Assembly: GCA_965219415.1 (NCBI GenBank)
Contig: OZ244742.1
Span: 800,001 to 864,000, forward strand
Reading direction: 5' to 3'
DNA: 64,000 bases
DNA from: Candidatus Marinacidobacterales bacterium
GTDB taxonomy: Bacteria; Acidobacteriota; Vicinamibacteria; Marinacidobacterales; DATDRI01
Within the stretch, counting starts at the first letter, position 1; each line of letters begins with the position of its first letter. The notes beneath the pieces are model-generated. The model was not told the origin of the DNA. It did not search any database and saw only the letters and a list, made by a program, of their open reading frames with translations. Both the position numbers and the translations under genes were made by a program. Positions 30,044 to 41,357 of this stretch are shown piece after piece.

Positions 30044-32257
30044 CTATTCTTGTGCGCCGGCCTTCCGGAGCAGCTCGGCGATCTCTGAGAAACCCCTCCC
30101 GGTGGCTTCCCCGAGGGGCGTTCGCCCGTCCCCGGCTTTTGCATTTACATCGGCATCGGACTTGTTGCTGCTCCCAGTAATTCTTTGCTCGACTTCCGCA
30201 GCCTCCGGGCAAGCCGTCCGTTATCCCGACTACATCGACCAACGGTACCGGCCGGCGTACGAAAGTGTCCTAACAAACCGTGAAGAAACCAAGTTCATCA
30301 ACTGCCAGAGACGAAACCTCCTGTTCAAGTCACCGCCGTGCTCGACTAGAGCCTGCAACACGGCGGCATGTCCGTACAAAGCGGCGATCAAGATGGGATT
30401 CGAAACGAATTCGTCGCCGTGATTCGGATCCGCACCTTTGTCGAGCAGGCGTCGAGCGAGATCGGCTCGGCCGATCTCGGCCGCCTCGGTGAGTGCCGAC
30501 GGCCGGCTCGGGTCGCTGATGTTGACGTCCGCGCCCGCCGCCAAGAGCATATCGACCAACTCCCACTGAGCCTCGCGGACTGCGAAAACAAGCGCCGTCT
30601 CTCCGTCCGTCGTCGCGTCGATCCGTGCCCCGGCCTCAAGCAAGCGAGGGAAGAGGTCCCAGTGACTTCTCTTCGCGGCACGGGCGAGAGACGAGCCCGC
30701 GCCAGCGTCCGCGCCCGCATTCAAGATCAGCTCAACGGTGGTCGCATCGCCAGAATATGCCGCTTGGTCGAGCGCGGTGAGCCCCTCTGGGGAGACGAGT
30801 CGAGGATCTGCGCCTGCTTCCAGCAGCCGACGAGCGTTGGCGACGCTTCCTTGGGAACAGGCGACCATGAGCGGCGTGCCCTTCCCCTCGGCCATCACGC
30901 CCACGTCGGCCCCGGCCTCGAGCAGATGGATCACGAGCTCCTCGTCGCTTCTTTGGGTCGCGAGGAGGAGGGCAGTCTTCGCGCTATCGTCTCGAGCGTT
31001 GATCAACGCTCCGCTATCCAAAAGGCGGTCGACGAGCTCTACATCAGACTGCACAACAGCCGCCATGAGCGCCGTCCAGCCCTGCCGACCCGTGAGGTTC
31101 GGATCGGCGCCGACCTCGAGCACCTCGATGCTGCGGTTCAAATCGGCCGCGGTCGTGACCGTGTCGTTGTCGAACTTGGATTCGGGGTCGGAAGAAGCGC
31201 CATGCTGCCAGAAGAGGTCAAGCGCGGCCAAGTGTCCGAGGTGGGCGGCACGCTACCACACCCACGGGGTCACCGGTGCGCCGGCCTCGAGCATGAAACG
31301 GAGCAGGTCCAAAGCGCCGGGATCGAACGCTGCCATGAACAGCTTTTGACTCCAAGCAGTTAACTCATCCAAACGCGCTCCGGCATCGACAAGAAGTTGT
31401 GACAATTCCAGGTCCGAATTCGCGAGCGCCGCGACGAGCGCATCGGCTCCGGCGGTTCCTTCGACTTCGTTGGCCGGGAGAACTTCTATGAGCGCGCGAA
31501 CGACGTCTTCGTTACCTTGACCCGCCGCAACCGATAGGAGTGACGGCTCCGCCATAGCGCCCGCGTCGAGGAGTCGCTTTGCGATCTCGCCATGTCCTCG
31601 ACTCACCGCCTCCTGTAGCGCGGTGCGTCCTCCCCGATAGGCATTGACATTCGCGCCGGCCTGGATGAGGACCTCGAGAAATTCGGCGTCCCCGCGGCGT
31701 GCCGCTTCTATCATGGGGGTTGTTTGGTAGCTGAGGTCGCGGCCCCCGACGTCTTTCCCGGCGAGCAGAGCGCGGAGCCGATCGGAGTCGCCCCTTTGGA
31801 CTGCGCTCGTAATCGCCTCTTCGAGCTCTTCCCAGCTACGGTTGAACCAGATGGGCTCACCCAGCGAAGCCAGGTCGTTTCCGGGGCCGAAGCGCGGTTG
31901 TTGACAGATCGTAACGGTATAAGGGGCTTCGCCGTAACCGAAGATCGAGTACTGCTTTCCCGTTTTCAGCTTGATGCCGCAAGAGATGATGGACGGTGTC
32001 AGGATTTCGGCCGTGGGGGATGTCACCCCTTTCCAGGAGCGCGACACTTCGAAAACGTAGCGATGGAAGGGAAGGCGTTGCGGTCCGTGTGCGATGCGCT
32101 CCTCCACCGCCACGACTCCTTCGAAGACGACCGCGGCGGCCTCGAACGCTTCGCTGACGGTGGGTCGAGATGCGCAACTGCACGCTTCGATGAGTGCCTC
32201 GCCGCCGAGAAACGCCAGCAGAGACATTGTGCTGATGAAGAGAAATGGGGAGCGCAT
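30044..32257 (-). pseudogene. Secreted TIMP/NTR-like domain plus ankyrin repeats, disrupted by an in-frame TAG at 31253-31255 and distal frameshift(s)
   Basis: Signal peptide and ACSCA...VVFEGVV...SWKG...SCG, then many ankyrin repeats. The final repeat DADVNAKAGDGRTPL...LLRKAGAQE* lies at 30044-30160. Confidence 0.8.
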
Positions 32258-32451
32258 TCAACCAAGCTCCTTTCTGGTGAGACGTACCTACTTCCACGGG
32301 CAAGCGTCCGCGGGTCGAAGCGTCGTAGATTAAGAAGGGATGATTGAGAATATTGTCTCACCATTGGGTCAGGACTGCCAGTGAATCCCGGCTTGTTCTC
32401 GTAGCGGGCGGGCCATGCTACAATCGAGTCACACTGAAGAATTAGAAACAT

Positions 32452-34144
32452 TTGGGCGCGGGCGGATCATCGCGCTCTTCGATTCCGATCTCCAAGATCT
32501 CACTCGAACGGAGAGGCGGCTACGGCTTTTGTCCGGTGTACAAGGTGACGTTCCACAAGCGGGGAGCGGCGGTGTACGAGGGTAAGAAGTACGTGGAGAG
32601 AGAGGGTGAATATCTGGGAAGGATCAGCGTTCGGGAATACGGGAGACTCTGTCATCTGCTGCAGAAGATGGACATCAAGAGCTTCGAGGACTCCTACCAC
32701 TCGCCAGAGTTCCACGGGACGAGCGTCGTTACTCGCGTATCGATGGAGGGCGGGGAAGAGAAAGTCATTCTTGACTACGGTCAGTGGGCGCCCGTCGATC
32801 TATGGTCGCTTCAAAAGACGATTGACGCGATTAGCAACGATATCGAGTGGAAAGCGGTCGACGAGTCCTCGCTCATGACCGCCCTCGAGCTTGGCCATGC
32901 CGGGCAGGTCCAGGATTTGATTGCCCAGGGCGCTGCGGTCAACGAGGCCTTCGAAAACGGTGGGACGCCACTCATGGTTGCGGCGCTCGAGGGTAACGCG
33001 AGCCCCGTGCGCGTCTTACTCGATGCCGGCGCCGATCCGACGGCAGAGATGGAAGGTTTGGGGAACGTCTTACTGCTGGCGGCCTTGGGGGGAGATGCCG
33101 AAACGACCCACGCCATACTCGATGCGGGTGGAGAACCTCCCGCCGAAACAAGACACGGTGTCACGGTTCTGATGGCGGCGGCAATGCACGGTCATAAAGA
33201 GATGTTGCCGACACTGCTCGCTCAAGGCGAGGACGCGAACGTGCGGGTCGCGCAAGAAATGTTCGACGTCGAGCCCGGGTGGACCGCTCTCATGCTTGCC
33301 GCCGAGGGGGGCCATGCGGAGTTCGTAGAGTCCTTGCTGAAGGTGGGCGCCGCCGCCAATACCAGCAGCGAGACGGGGGCCACGGCTCTGATCGCGGCAG
33401 CTTCCCAACCTCGCAGCGGCACCGTACGTCACCTGCTAGCCGCCGGCGCGGATGTGAACGCCCGGACTCGAACCGGCAAGACGGCGCTGATGACGGCCGC
33501 AGAAATCGGTCACCGAGAAATCGCGGACCTTTTCCTCGAGGCGGGCGCAGAGGTGAACGCCAAGGACCGAGGATGACGAAACTGCGCTGACATTCGCAGC
33601 GCTAAATCGTCACGTCGAGATTGTGCAGCTGCTGCTCAAGGCAAAGGCGGAGGTCAACCCGGAGGGTAAGTTGACCCCCTTGCTGTCCGCGGCAATGGGT
33701 GGGGATCTGCGAGTTGTCGAGACATTACTCGTGAAGGGTGCAGCGATGAACGGTGAGACCTCATTGGGCGGAACCGCTCTGATGGGCGCCGCGGCGAGCG
33801 GCTACCCCGATGTCGTCCGTTTACTTCTAAGCAAAGGGGCGGACGTGAATGCGCGAGACCAGAACGGTCACACACCGCTGACCGTGTCGGCCAGGGGCAA
33901 TCCGGAGGTTGTCAGTGTCTTGCTGGAACATGGCGCATCCGTCAAAGCAAGACTTGAAGGTGGCCTCACTCCATCAATACTCGCGGTAGGAGCCGGCTCG
34001 ACGGAAACGGCACGTCTTCTAGTACAGAGCGGTGCCGATCCCACTATCACGGCAGACGACGGCCGTTCCGCTCTCAAGATCGCGACTCAAATGGGCAACG
34101 ACGAAATGGTGGAACTGCTAAAGAAGGCCTACTCGAAGGAGTAG
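32452..34144 (+). CDS. DUF6438-like domain plus ankyrin repeats, with a +1 frameshift near 33568
   Basis: ISLERRGGYGFCPVYKVTF...YEG followed by ankyrin repeats. Removing one C joins ORFs 32452-33576 and 33623-34144. Confidence 0.8.
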
Positions 34145-34193
34145 AGAATTTCGGGAACTTGCGCATCAAGCTGCGCAGAAGCCCGCGCGGCAC

Positions 34194-35288
34194 TCAATTC
34201 ACAAACCGACGCATCCTCACGTTCAGGATCAAACCGAAGCCGACGAGCGTGGTCATCATCGACGATCCGCCATAGCTCACCAACGGCAACGGAAACCCCT
34301 TAATGGGTACTAATCCTCCCACCATAGCCATGTTGTAGAGCGCTTGGAAAACGAACATGGCCAAGATCCCGGCGACCAAATAGATTCCCAACCGATCCCG
34401 TGCTCGGCGACCCGCGTCGAGGCAACGAAGTGTGATCATCAAATAGAGAAGGACCACTGCAACGACCCCAACGAACCCGAACTCCTCCCCGATGACCGCG
34501 AACACGAAATCGGTGTGGGGAGCGGGCAAGAATTGTAGCTGGCTCTGCGAGCCCTTCAGCCAACCCTTGCCGGCCAGTCCGCCCGAACCCACCGAGATCG
34601 TCGATTGGATACTTTGATAGCCAGCCCCTCGTGGATCGAGGTTCGGATCTAGGAACGCCAGTACTCGCTCCTTCTGGTAGTCCTTGAGAACGAAGCTCCA
34701 ACCGAGAGGAAGAGCCAGGGCGAAGATGACCGAGGCCACCAGCACCAGTCGACCTCGCAGTCCGGCGAGAAGACAAAGGACTGCGTAGGCAAAGACCAGG
34801 GTGGCGGCTGTCCCGAGGTCCGGTTGCAAAATGACCAGAAGCGTCGGCACACCGACCAACGCGCCGGTGATGGCCACCTCCGCCGTACCCAACCGGTTCT
34901 TGCGCACCGCCGCAAAGTACTTCGCCAGCAAAGCCACCGCGGCGAGCTTCGCAAGCTCACCGGAATGCATTGTAAAAGCGCCGAGCTCGAGCCAGCGATT
35001 CGTTCCGGCACGCAACGACCCGAAGAAAAGCAAATACAGCAGAAGGCCGGTGACGACGACGTAGAAGAGCTCCGCGTGGTCCAGAAGAGAATGGTAATCG
35101 ATGGCCAGGACGAGCAACATCAAAACCAAACCCAGCACGGTCCAAAGAATCTGCCGCTTGTAGTAGTCCGGAGTTGGCCCTCCCTGCGTGGCGCTATAGA
35201 TGATCGCCACACCCAGTCCTGCGGCTAGAAGAAGCCCCAGGACCAGCAGCCAATCAATTCCGAACCAAAAGCGCCTGTCGAGCATCAT
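34194..35288 (-). CDS. rodA: Rod shape-determining protein RodA
   Basis: QPDLGTA, YQKERV, GYQSIQS, PHTDFVF and SYGGSS motifs. Confidence 0.96.
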   Translation of the reverse strand: MMLDRRFWFGIDWLLVLGLLLAAGLGVAIIYSATQGGPTPDYYKRQILWTVLGLVLMLLVLAIDYHSLLDHAELFYVVVTGLLLYLLFFGSLRAGTNRWLELGAFTMHSGELAKLAAVALLAKYFAAVRKNRLGTAEVAITGALVGVPTLLVILQPDLGTAATLVFAYAVLCLLAGLRGRLVLVASVIFALALPLGWSFVLKDYQKERVLAFLDPNLDPRGAGYQSIQSTISVGSGGLAGKGWLKGSQSQLQFLPAPHTDFVFAVIGEEFGFVGVVAVVLLYLMITLRCLDAGRRARDRLGIYLVAGILAMFVFQALYNMAMVGGLVPIKGFPLPLVSYGGSSMMTTLVGFGLILNVRMRRFVN

Positions 35289-37113
35289 CGGCTTCGCGCC
35301 CTTTTTTTCCCTCGAAATAGGCTTGGAAGATCTTCTGAGCAATGGGAGCCGCCGCACGACCCCCCTGCCCACCGTGCTCTACCAAGACAGCTAGTGCGAG
35401 CTCGGGATTCTCGCGGGGAGCGTATCCGACGAACCAGGCGTGGTTTCTAAGGTGCTCGGGACGATCTTCATCCTTACGCTCAGTCAGGTTCGACATCGAG
35501 GCAACTTGCGCCGTCCCGGTCTTTCCAGAGACGGCCACGCCTTGCACGCGGGCTCGCCATCCCGTTCCACTCTCGTTGACGACGCCCCACATCGCTTGCT
35601 GCAGGACGCGCCAAGTCGAATCATGAAGCGCCATGCGCCGGATGGGCTCTCCGACCGCGGTGGGAGGAGCCGGCTCGGCGACCGTCCCGGCCGGAAGGGG
35701 TCGCAAAAAAACGTGTGGTCTGAAGACTTCTCCCGAGCTCCCAATGATGGCGGCTATCTGAGCCATCTGCATTGCAGTCACCAGCACCGAGCCTTGCCCC
35801 ACCGAGACCGAGACGGTCTCACCCGCGTACCACGGCTCCTTCCGCGCGCGGCGCTTCCACTCCGGACCCGGCACCAAGCCCGACACTTCGAAAGGCAAGT
35901 CGATACCGGTTGCACTCCCGAGACCGAAAGAGCGAGCGTAGCGGGCGATGGCCTCGATCTCGAGCTCCACCCCGACTTGGTAAAAATAGGAATTACACGA
36001 TTGCACCAGAGCCTGATGGAGGTTCACGAACCCATGACCTGAAGCCCAATGACAGGGGAACCATTTGCGATAGAGTCGTACCCCGCCGCCGCAGTAAAGG
36101 CGCGTTGCAGGAGAGATCTTCTCTTCTTCGAGCGCCGCCGCCGCGACGATCAACTTGAAGACCGAGCCCGGCGCATAGCGACCTTGGAGCGCGCGGTTTT
36201 GGAGACGGTGATCCTCGTCATTCATCAACGCCTGCCATGCGTCACCGTCGAAACGCCCGGAGAAAACGTTAGGGTCGAAGGAGGGCGAACTGGCGAGCGC
36301 TATCACCTCACCGTTGCGCGGATCGAGCACGACCGCTGCTCCCGCTTTGTCTTCGAATTCTTTCTCGGTCAACCGCTGGAGCTCAAGGTCCAGGGAGAGC
36401 TGAACGGAGTTGCCCCAGGTCGGCGGTCTCTCTTCGAGAGTCCTTTCTCGCCTTCCGTGGCTATTCACTACGACCACCTGGACTCCGTTTTGGCCCATGA
36501 GTTTTAGGTTGTAGCCAAATTCGATTCCCGACTGCCCCACGTACTCGTTGGCGATCGCCCCTTCGAAACGAGCCTGAGCGAGCTGAGCCTCGGTAATCCT
36601 GCCGACGTATCCGAGTGCATGGGCGCCGAGGCTGCCCAGCGGGTAGAACCGCCGCGGAACGAATTGAATCCTCGCACCAGGAAGCTCGAGCTGGCGGGAC
36701 TCCACCAACGCCACCTCTTCCAGAGGGATATCTTCTTTGACCAAGGCGGGTGTGGCGCCGGACATCCGTTTGCGCTGCTTCGCCAACTCCTCGAGCTCCG
36801 AGTCGGAGAACGACAAGAGCGCGAGTAGATCTGCCATTACCGCCTCGTCCCAATCCGTTTTCTCCATCGTGAGATTGAATGACGGTCGGTTCTCGGCAAG
36901 GATCTGACCAGAACGGTCGAGGATGAGCCCTCTCGGTGCATTCTCCGGAATCTGTCGCACGTGATTGGAGCGTGCCAACTCCTGATACATCGGGGCTCGA
37001 ACGATCTGGAGCTGCCAAAACCGAGCGCAAAGACCCACGAAGAGGGTGACTACCAGGATGCGCCACCACTTCAACCTCGACTGAAGCGGTCTCAGGTCTT
37101 CGTAGATATTCAC
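35254..37113 (-). CDS. mrdA: Penicillin-binding protein 2
   Basis: APRGLILDR, PGSVFK, SCN and KTGTAQ motifs. Confidence 0.96.
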   Translation of the reverse strand: MNIYEDLRPLQSRLKWWRILVVTLFVGLCARFWQLQIVRAPMYQELARSNHVRQIPENAPRGLILDRSGQILAENRPSFNLTMEKTDWDEAVMADLLALLSFSDSELEELAKQRKRMSGATPALVKEDIPLEEVALVESRQLELPGARIQFVPRRFYPLGSLGAHALGYVGRITEAQLAQARFEGAIANEYVGQSGIEFGYNLKLMGQNGVQVVVVNSHGRRERTLEERPPTWGNSVQLSLDLELQRLTEKEFEDKAGAAVVLDPRNGEVIALASSPSFDPNVFSGRFDGDAWQALMNDEDHRLQNRALQGRYAPGSVFKLIVAAAALEEEKISPATRLYCGGGVRLYRKWFPCHWASGHGFVNLHQALVQSCNSYFYQVGVELEIEAIARYARSFGLGSATGIDLPFEVSGLVPGPEWKRRARKEPWYAGETVSVSVGQGSVLVTAMQMAQIAAIIGSSGEVFRPHVFLRPLPAGTVAEPAPPTAVGEPIRRMALHDSTWRVLQQAMWGVVNESGTGWRARVQGVAVSGKTGTAQVASMSNLTERKDEDRPEHLRNHAWFVGYAPRENPELALAVLVEHGGQGGRAAAPIAQKIFQAYFEGKKGREADDARQALLVRN

Positions 37114-37120
37114 AGGAGTT

Positions 37121-37594
37121 TCAGCGAGTCACGGTAAACCGGTCTACGGTGCTCAGTATCAGAGCGCCCATGAAACCATTCGTAGCACAAAGGTACAACA
37201 AATCGGCCGGCCCCCCAACCACGGTCGGTCGCTCCAGCACCTGACCGATGGCCGCCAGAATGGCGAGATCGACTGCCGTAGCCACGGCGAAAAAAACGAA
37301 ACGTCCGGCCCACCCGCGCACAACCAATCGGTGCCCCGCAATACCGGCGAGGTACCCCACCGTCGTTTTCGAAGCGCCGTTCAGTCCGAGCAAGCCACCG
37401 GAAAAAGCATCTTGAACCAAACCAGTGGCGGCGCCGGCGAACATTCCGGACTGCCGTCCGTGGATCAATCCGAAGGTCGCTGCCACGAGCAAGAACAAAT
37501 CCAAGTAGTCTCGGATGGGCCAGAAGTACCGGCCTCCGAGAGTCTGAACCAGGTAGGCGCCGACGAGGGCGAGAACGACCGCGAGCCCCTTCAC
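37121..37594 (-). CDS. mreD: Rod shape-determining protein MreD
   Basis: Hydrophobic, with GLVQDAFSGG..GLN, and located in the mre operon. Confidence 0.9.
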   Translation of the reverse strand: MKGLAVVLALVGAYLVQTLGGRYFWPIRDYLDLFLLVAATFGLIHGRQSGMFAGAATGLVQDAFSGGLLGLNGASKTTVGYLAGIAGHRLVVRGWAGRFVFFAVATAVDLAILAAIGQVLERPTVVGGPADLLYLCATNGFMGALILSTVDRFTVTR

Positions 37595-38430
37595 TCGACC
37601 TTCTTGGTCAATTCGAGATTCTGCCCGACCGGCTCGAGGATGAAGACCTCTTCTAACCGATTCAGGCTGGCTGCAGGTTCGACCGTGATGTCTTTGAACA
37701 AGCGGGGCCCGTTCGCGACGGAAGCCACACGCCCGATAACGATCCCCTTTGGGTAAAAGCCGTCGATCCCCGAGGTCACCACCAAGTCTCCCACCGCGAC
37801 GTCTTCGAGATTGCTCACGTACTTCAACTGAAGCTCGGCGCCTCCTTGGCCGGAAACAATGCCCCGGGTCCTAGTGCGGACCAAGAGCGACCCCACCGAG
37901 CAATCGCTATCTGATAGCAGCTGGACTTGCGCCACGTGTGGACCCACCGCGATAACCCGTCCGACCAACCCACCAGGGCCCACGACGGGCGCGTTGAGCT
38001 CGACACCGCGATCCTCCCCTCGATTAACAGTGATGGTACGGAACCAAGAGCTCGCATCCACGCCAGTCACTTCGGCAACCACCGACTCGAAGGGGAGACG
38101 TTCGGCCAGCTGCAGCACGCCGCTCAGCCGGTCGTAACGGGCTACCACCTCTCGCTCCATCCACAAGGCTTGTTCGAGTCGCGTGGCCTTTTCTCGAAGC
38201 TGGCGATTCTCCTCACGCACCGCTCTCAGGTCGACGTACCCGTACCACACCGAGCGAGCGCCGTTCACGATCGCCTCGCACGCACGTTGGAGCGGAGCGA
38301 AAACCGAGAGGATCGCGCTTTGGAGCGCAGAGTGTCCCTTGGGGGTAGTGACCTGAGACGATAGGAGCAGACCGTGGCCGACGATGAGGGCAATGAAAAC
38401 GACGTGGCCGCCCCGTCGGCGGATAGCCAT
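37591..38430 (-). CDS. mreC: Rod shape-determining protein MreC
   Basis: Coiled coil, GLVGRV and VVTSGIDGFYPKG motifs. Confidence 0.95.
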   Translation of the reverse strand: MAIRRRGGHVVFIALIVGHGLLLSSQVTTPKGHSALQSAILSVFAPLQRACEAIVNGARSVWYGYVDLRAVREENRQLREKATRLEQALWMEREVVARYDRLSGVLQLAERLPFESVVAEVTGVDASSWFRTITVNRGEDRGVELNAPVVGPGGLVGRVIAVGPHVAQVQLLSDSDCSVGSLLVRTRTRGIVSGQGGAELQLKYVSNLEDVAVGDLVVTSGIDGFYPKGIVIGRVASVANGPRLFKDITVEPAASLNRLEEVFILEPVGQNLELTKKVE

Positions 38431-38507
38431 CCCGTTAGAGGCCACTGGTCTCTATCCCCCGCACCGTTTTGTTGCCGGCGCAGCCGGTGCTGCCGGGTAA
38501 CAGTTCC

Positions 38508-39533
38508 TCAATCCAGAGAGATCTTCCTAAGGAGCTTCAAATCGGCGAGCATTTTGCCCGTCCCCAGCACCACCGACGAGAGCGGGTCCTCGCTCGTCGA
38601 AACCGGAAGCCCGGTCTCCTCGCGGAGCCTCCGGTCGAGGTTCTTTAGCAGGGCCCCTCCTCCGGTCAGTACGATGCCGCGATCGACGATGTCTGCCGAA
38701 AGCTCGGGAGGCGTTCGCTCGAGCGCTACCCTCACCGCGTTCACGATGACCGCGAGCGTCTCTTCCAACGCCTCCCGTATCTCCTCATCCGTTACTACCA
38801 GCGTTTTCGGAACACCCTCGATCAGGTTCCGCCCTTTGATCTCCATGGTCATCGGCTTGTCCAATGGATAGGCGGACCCGATCTCGATCTTGACTTGCTC
38901 GGCGCTTCGTTCTCCGATGAGCAGGTTGTACTTCTTGCGGAGGTGCTTGATGACCGCCTCGTCCATTTCATTGCCGGCCACGCGCACCGAGCTGCTGTAG
39001 ACGATGCCGGCCATCGAAATAACGGCAATATCCGTTGTCCCGCCGCCGATATCGACGACCATGTTCCCCGACGGTTCGGTGACCGGAAGACCAGCCCCGA
39101 TGGCGGCCGCCATCGCTTGATCCACCAGGAAGACCTCGCTGGCCTTCGCACGCAAGGCACTGTCCTTCACCGCGCGTTTCTCGACCTGCGTGATCTCGGA
39201 AGGGATCCCGATCACGATCCTAGGTGCGACCCATACCTTTCGGTTGTGGGCCTTTTGAATGAAGTACGCCAGCATCTTCTCAGTGATCTCGAAGTCGGCG
39301 ATCACTCCGTCCTTCATCGGCCGAATCGCAGTGATATTGCCCGGCGTGCGACCGAGCATTTCCTTCGCTTCCCTACCGACCGCCTCGACTCTCCCAGTAA
39401 CCTGGTTAATGGCAACGATCGACGGCTCGGAGACTACGATTCCTTTACCTTGGATGAAGACCAGTGTGTTCGCCGTCCCGAGGTCGATGGCGAGCTCGTT
39501 AGAAAAAGCACTGAAAATAGAACGCAGATTCAT
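38508..39533 (-). CDS. mreB: Rod shape-determining protein MreB
   Basis: [15 protein letters not shown] and LTGGGALL motifs. Confidence 0.98.
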   Translation of the reverse strand: MNLRSIFSAFSNELAIDLGTANTLVFIQGKGIVVSEPSIVAINQVTGRVEAVGREAKEMLGRTPGNITAIRPMKDGVIADFEITEKMLAYFIQKAHNRKVWVAPRIVIGIPSEITQVEKRAVKDSALRAKASEVFLVDQAMAAAIGAGLPVTEPSGNMVVDIGGGTTDIAVISMAGIVYSSSVRVAGNEMDEAVIKHLRKKYNLLIGERSAEQVKIEIGSAYPLDKPMTMEIKGRNLIEGVPKTLVVTDEEIREALEETLAVIVNAVRVALERTPPELSADIVDRGIVLTGGGALLKNLDRRLREETGLPVSTSEDPLSSVVLGTGKMLADLKLLRKISLD

Positions 39534-39671
39534 CTTTGCCTTTCGGCAGTATTGAGTGGTTACCGAGTGCCTCGCCGGCCCGCTTCTCGGGTCTCAAGGC
39601 TGAGAGCTCACTGTGTCCGGCCGGATGAGGCAATCGACAAGTTTCACCAGCGGGCTAGAGGCTTAAGGATA

Positions 39672-41275
39672 TCACGGCTCGGTCGGGCTTCTAGCTACCG
39701 CAACTGCGTCTTTCCCCCTTTCTTTGACACTATACATGACCTGGTCTGCCTTTTGAATGAGATCCTGCGGCGTCCGGCCGCGCACGGGAAAACTGCTAAT
39801 CCCAAAGCTGGCGGACAGATGCACGGCGAGACCGAATTCTCCAAGGAACTCGTGCGCCTTGAGGCCCTCGCGAATGCGGCGGGCGATGGAGAGGGCTCCC
39901 TGGCCGTCGGTGTTCGGAAGCACCACCACGAACTCATCTCCCCCGTAGCGGCTCACAACGTCCTCTTCTCTGACCGCTTGCCTAAGAATCGAACCCACTT
40001 CGAACAGGGTCCGGCTCCCACACAGGTGTCCGTGCTGATCGTTGACCTCCTTGAACCCGTCGAGGTCTAGAAAAATCAACGCCAAGGACGTCCGTTCGCG
40101 GCTGGACCGCTCGATCTCTCTATCGAGGCAGGTGTTCAAGTAGTGGGAGTTGTAGAGTTTCGTAAGGTCATCGGTGATGGCCAATTTTTCAGCCCGTTGA
40201 AACAGGAGCGCGTTCTCTAAGGCGATGGCGGCCGGCTCGACCAACGTAAGAAGCAAATCGAGATCTTGTTTGGTGAATCGACTTCCCGAGGCGCGATTCA
40301 GGATCTCCACTACCCCAATGGTTGCACCCCTCGAAACTAGCGGGGCACAAAGAATGGAGCGCGTCTGGAACTGAGTTTGCGCGTCGTAACTCCCTTGAAA
40401 GCGAGTGTCGCTAGCGGCGTTGTTCACGATCGCCGGCTTGCCGGTCTCGGCCACCCAACCCGCAATGCCCTCCCCGATCTTCAGGCGAATGTCACTGAAG
40501 TCGTCTCCCTTCTCCCCCAACGCCATTTCGAAAGTGAGCTCTTTTTTCTTCTCGTCGACCAGCAAGATCGACCAAGCTTCGGAAGGTATGAGCCGTTGGA
40601 TATGGGACATGATCACTGCAACGACGCGCTGAGGTTCTAGCACCGAGTTGGCGGTGGCGACTATGTCTCCGAGCACCTGGAGGCGCCGGGTTGTTTCCCT
40701 CAGCCGCCGAGCAAGCAAGCCGGACTTCCGGCTCAAACGATGATGACGTTGCGCATCGCTCAGAATCAAGGGCAGAGATTCGGTCCTCGGTAGCTCCGTC
40801 AGGTGAAGGGATACGCCAGGTTGTTCCTTAGCCACCGGCGACGCCGATGACGCGTACGCTAGGATGGGGGTTTCGGGAACGGCCTTGCCCAGCCAGCGCA
40901 CTAGTTTTTCGTAGCTGCGAGATTGGTCCGACTGCTCGACGACGATAGCCTCGAAGCGCTCGCCCTTCTTCCAACTCTTGTGCGGTGAATCGACGCGACG
41001 CCGGTCCTTGCCGGTACCCAGGGCGAACCGAGAGATCTCGAAGGCCTCTACTTCGACCCCTTCGCCGGAAAGCACTGAAACGAGTCCCGCACTTCGGGGT
41101 TGGAGTAGAAGAGGGCCAGACGACGGGCGCTCGTTCGTTTGTCGGTATGGGCGCGGCCGTCCTCGGTAGCGGCGATATCGGAGGGCTTCTGTAGGGGTAC
41201 GACGAATCCTTGCCGAGCTCGAGGCTCGGATTTGACAAGCCGCCAGGAATCGGGCCTTGTGGCCTTCAAAGTCAC
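39672..41275 (-). CDS. GAF-GGDEF diguanylate cyclase (probable frameshift near 41077, start uncertain)
   Basis: GEGIAGWV GAF motif, DDLTKLYN, DLDGFK, REED I-site and RYGGDEF. Confidence 0.9.
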
Positions 41276-41357
41276 TTCTTCCTAATTACTCGGTTGCTTG
41301 TTGCATTAATAATCAGGGGTAGCCGGGGGGAACCGGGATGGACTCTGGTGCCCCCGT

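Noticed and set aside
31253-31255. Pyrrolysine or amber recoding in the ankyrin gene
   Set aside because: TAG is used as a normal stop throughout the window, there are no pyl genes, and the gene has other lesions.
33574-33576. TGA in the second ankyrin gene as selenocysteine
   Set aside because: The continuation is in a different frame and there is no Cys-type context.
38895-40070. Long antisense ORFs (38895-40070, 30368-31363, 62430-63485 and similar)
   Set aside because: These are shadows of well-supported genes on the opposite strand, expected in GC-rich DNA.
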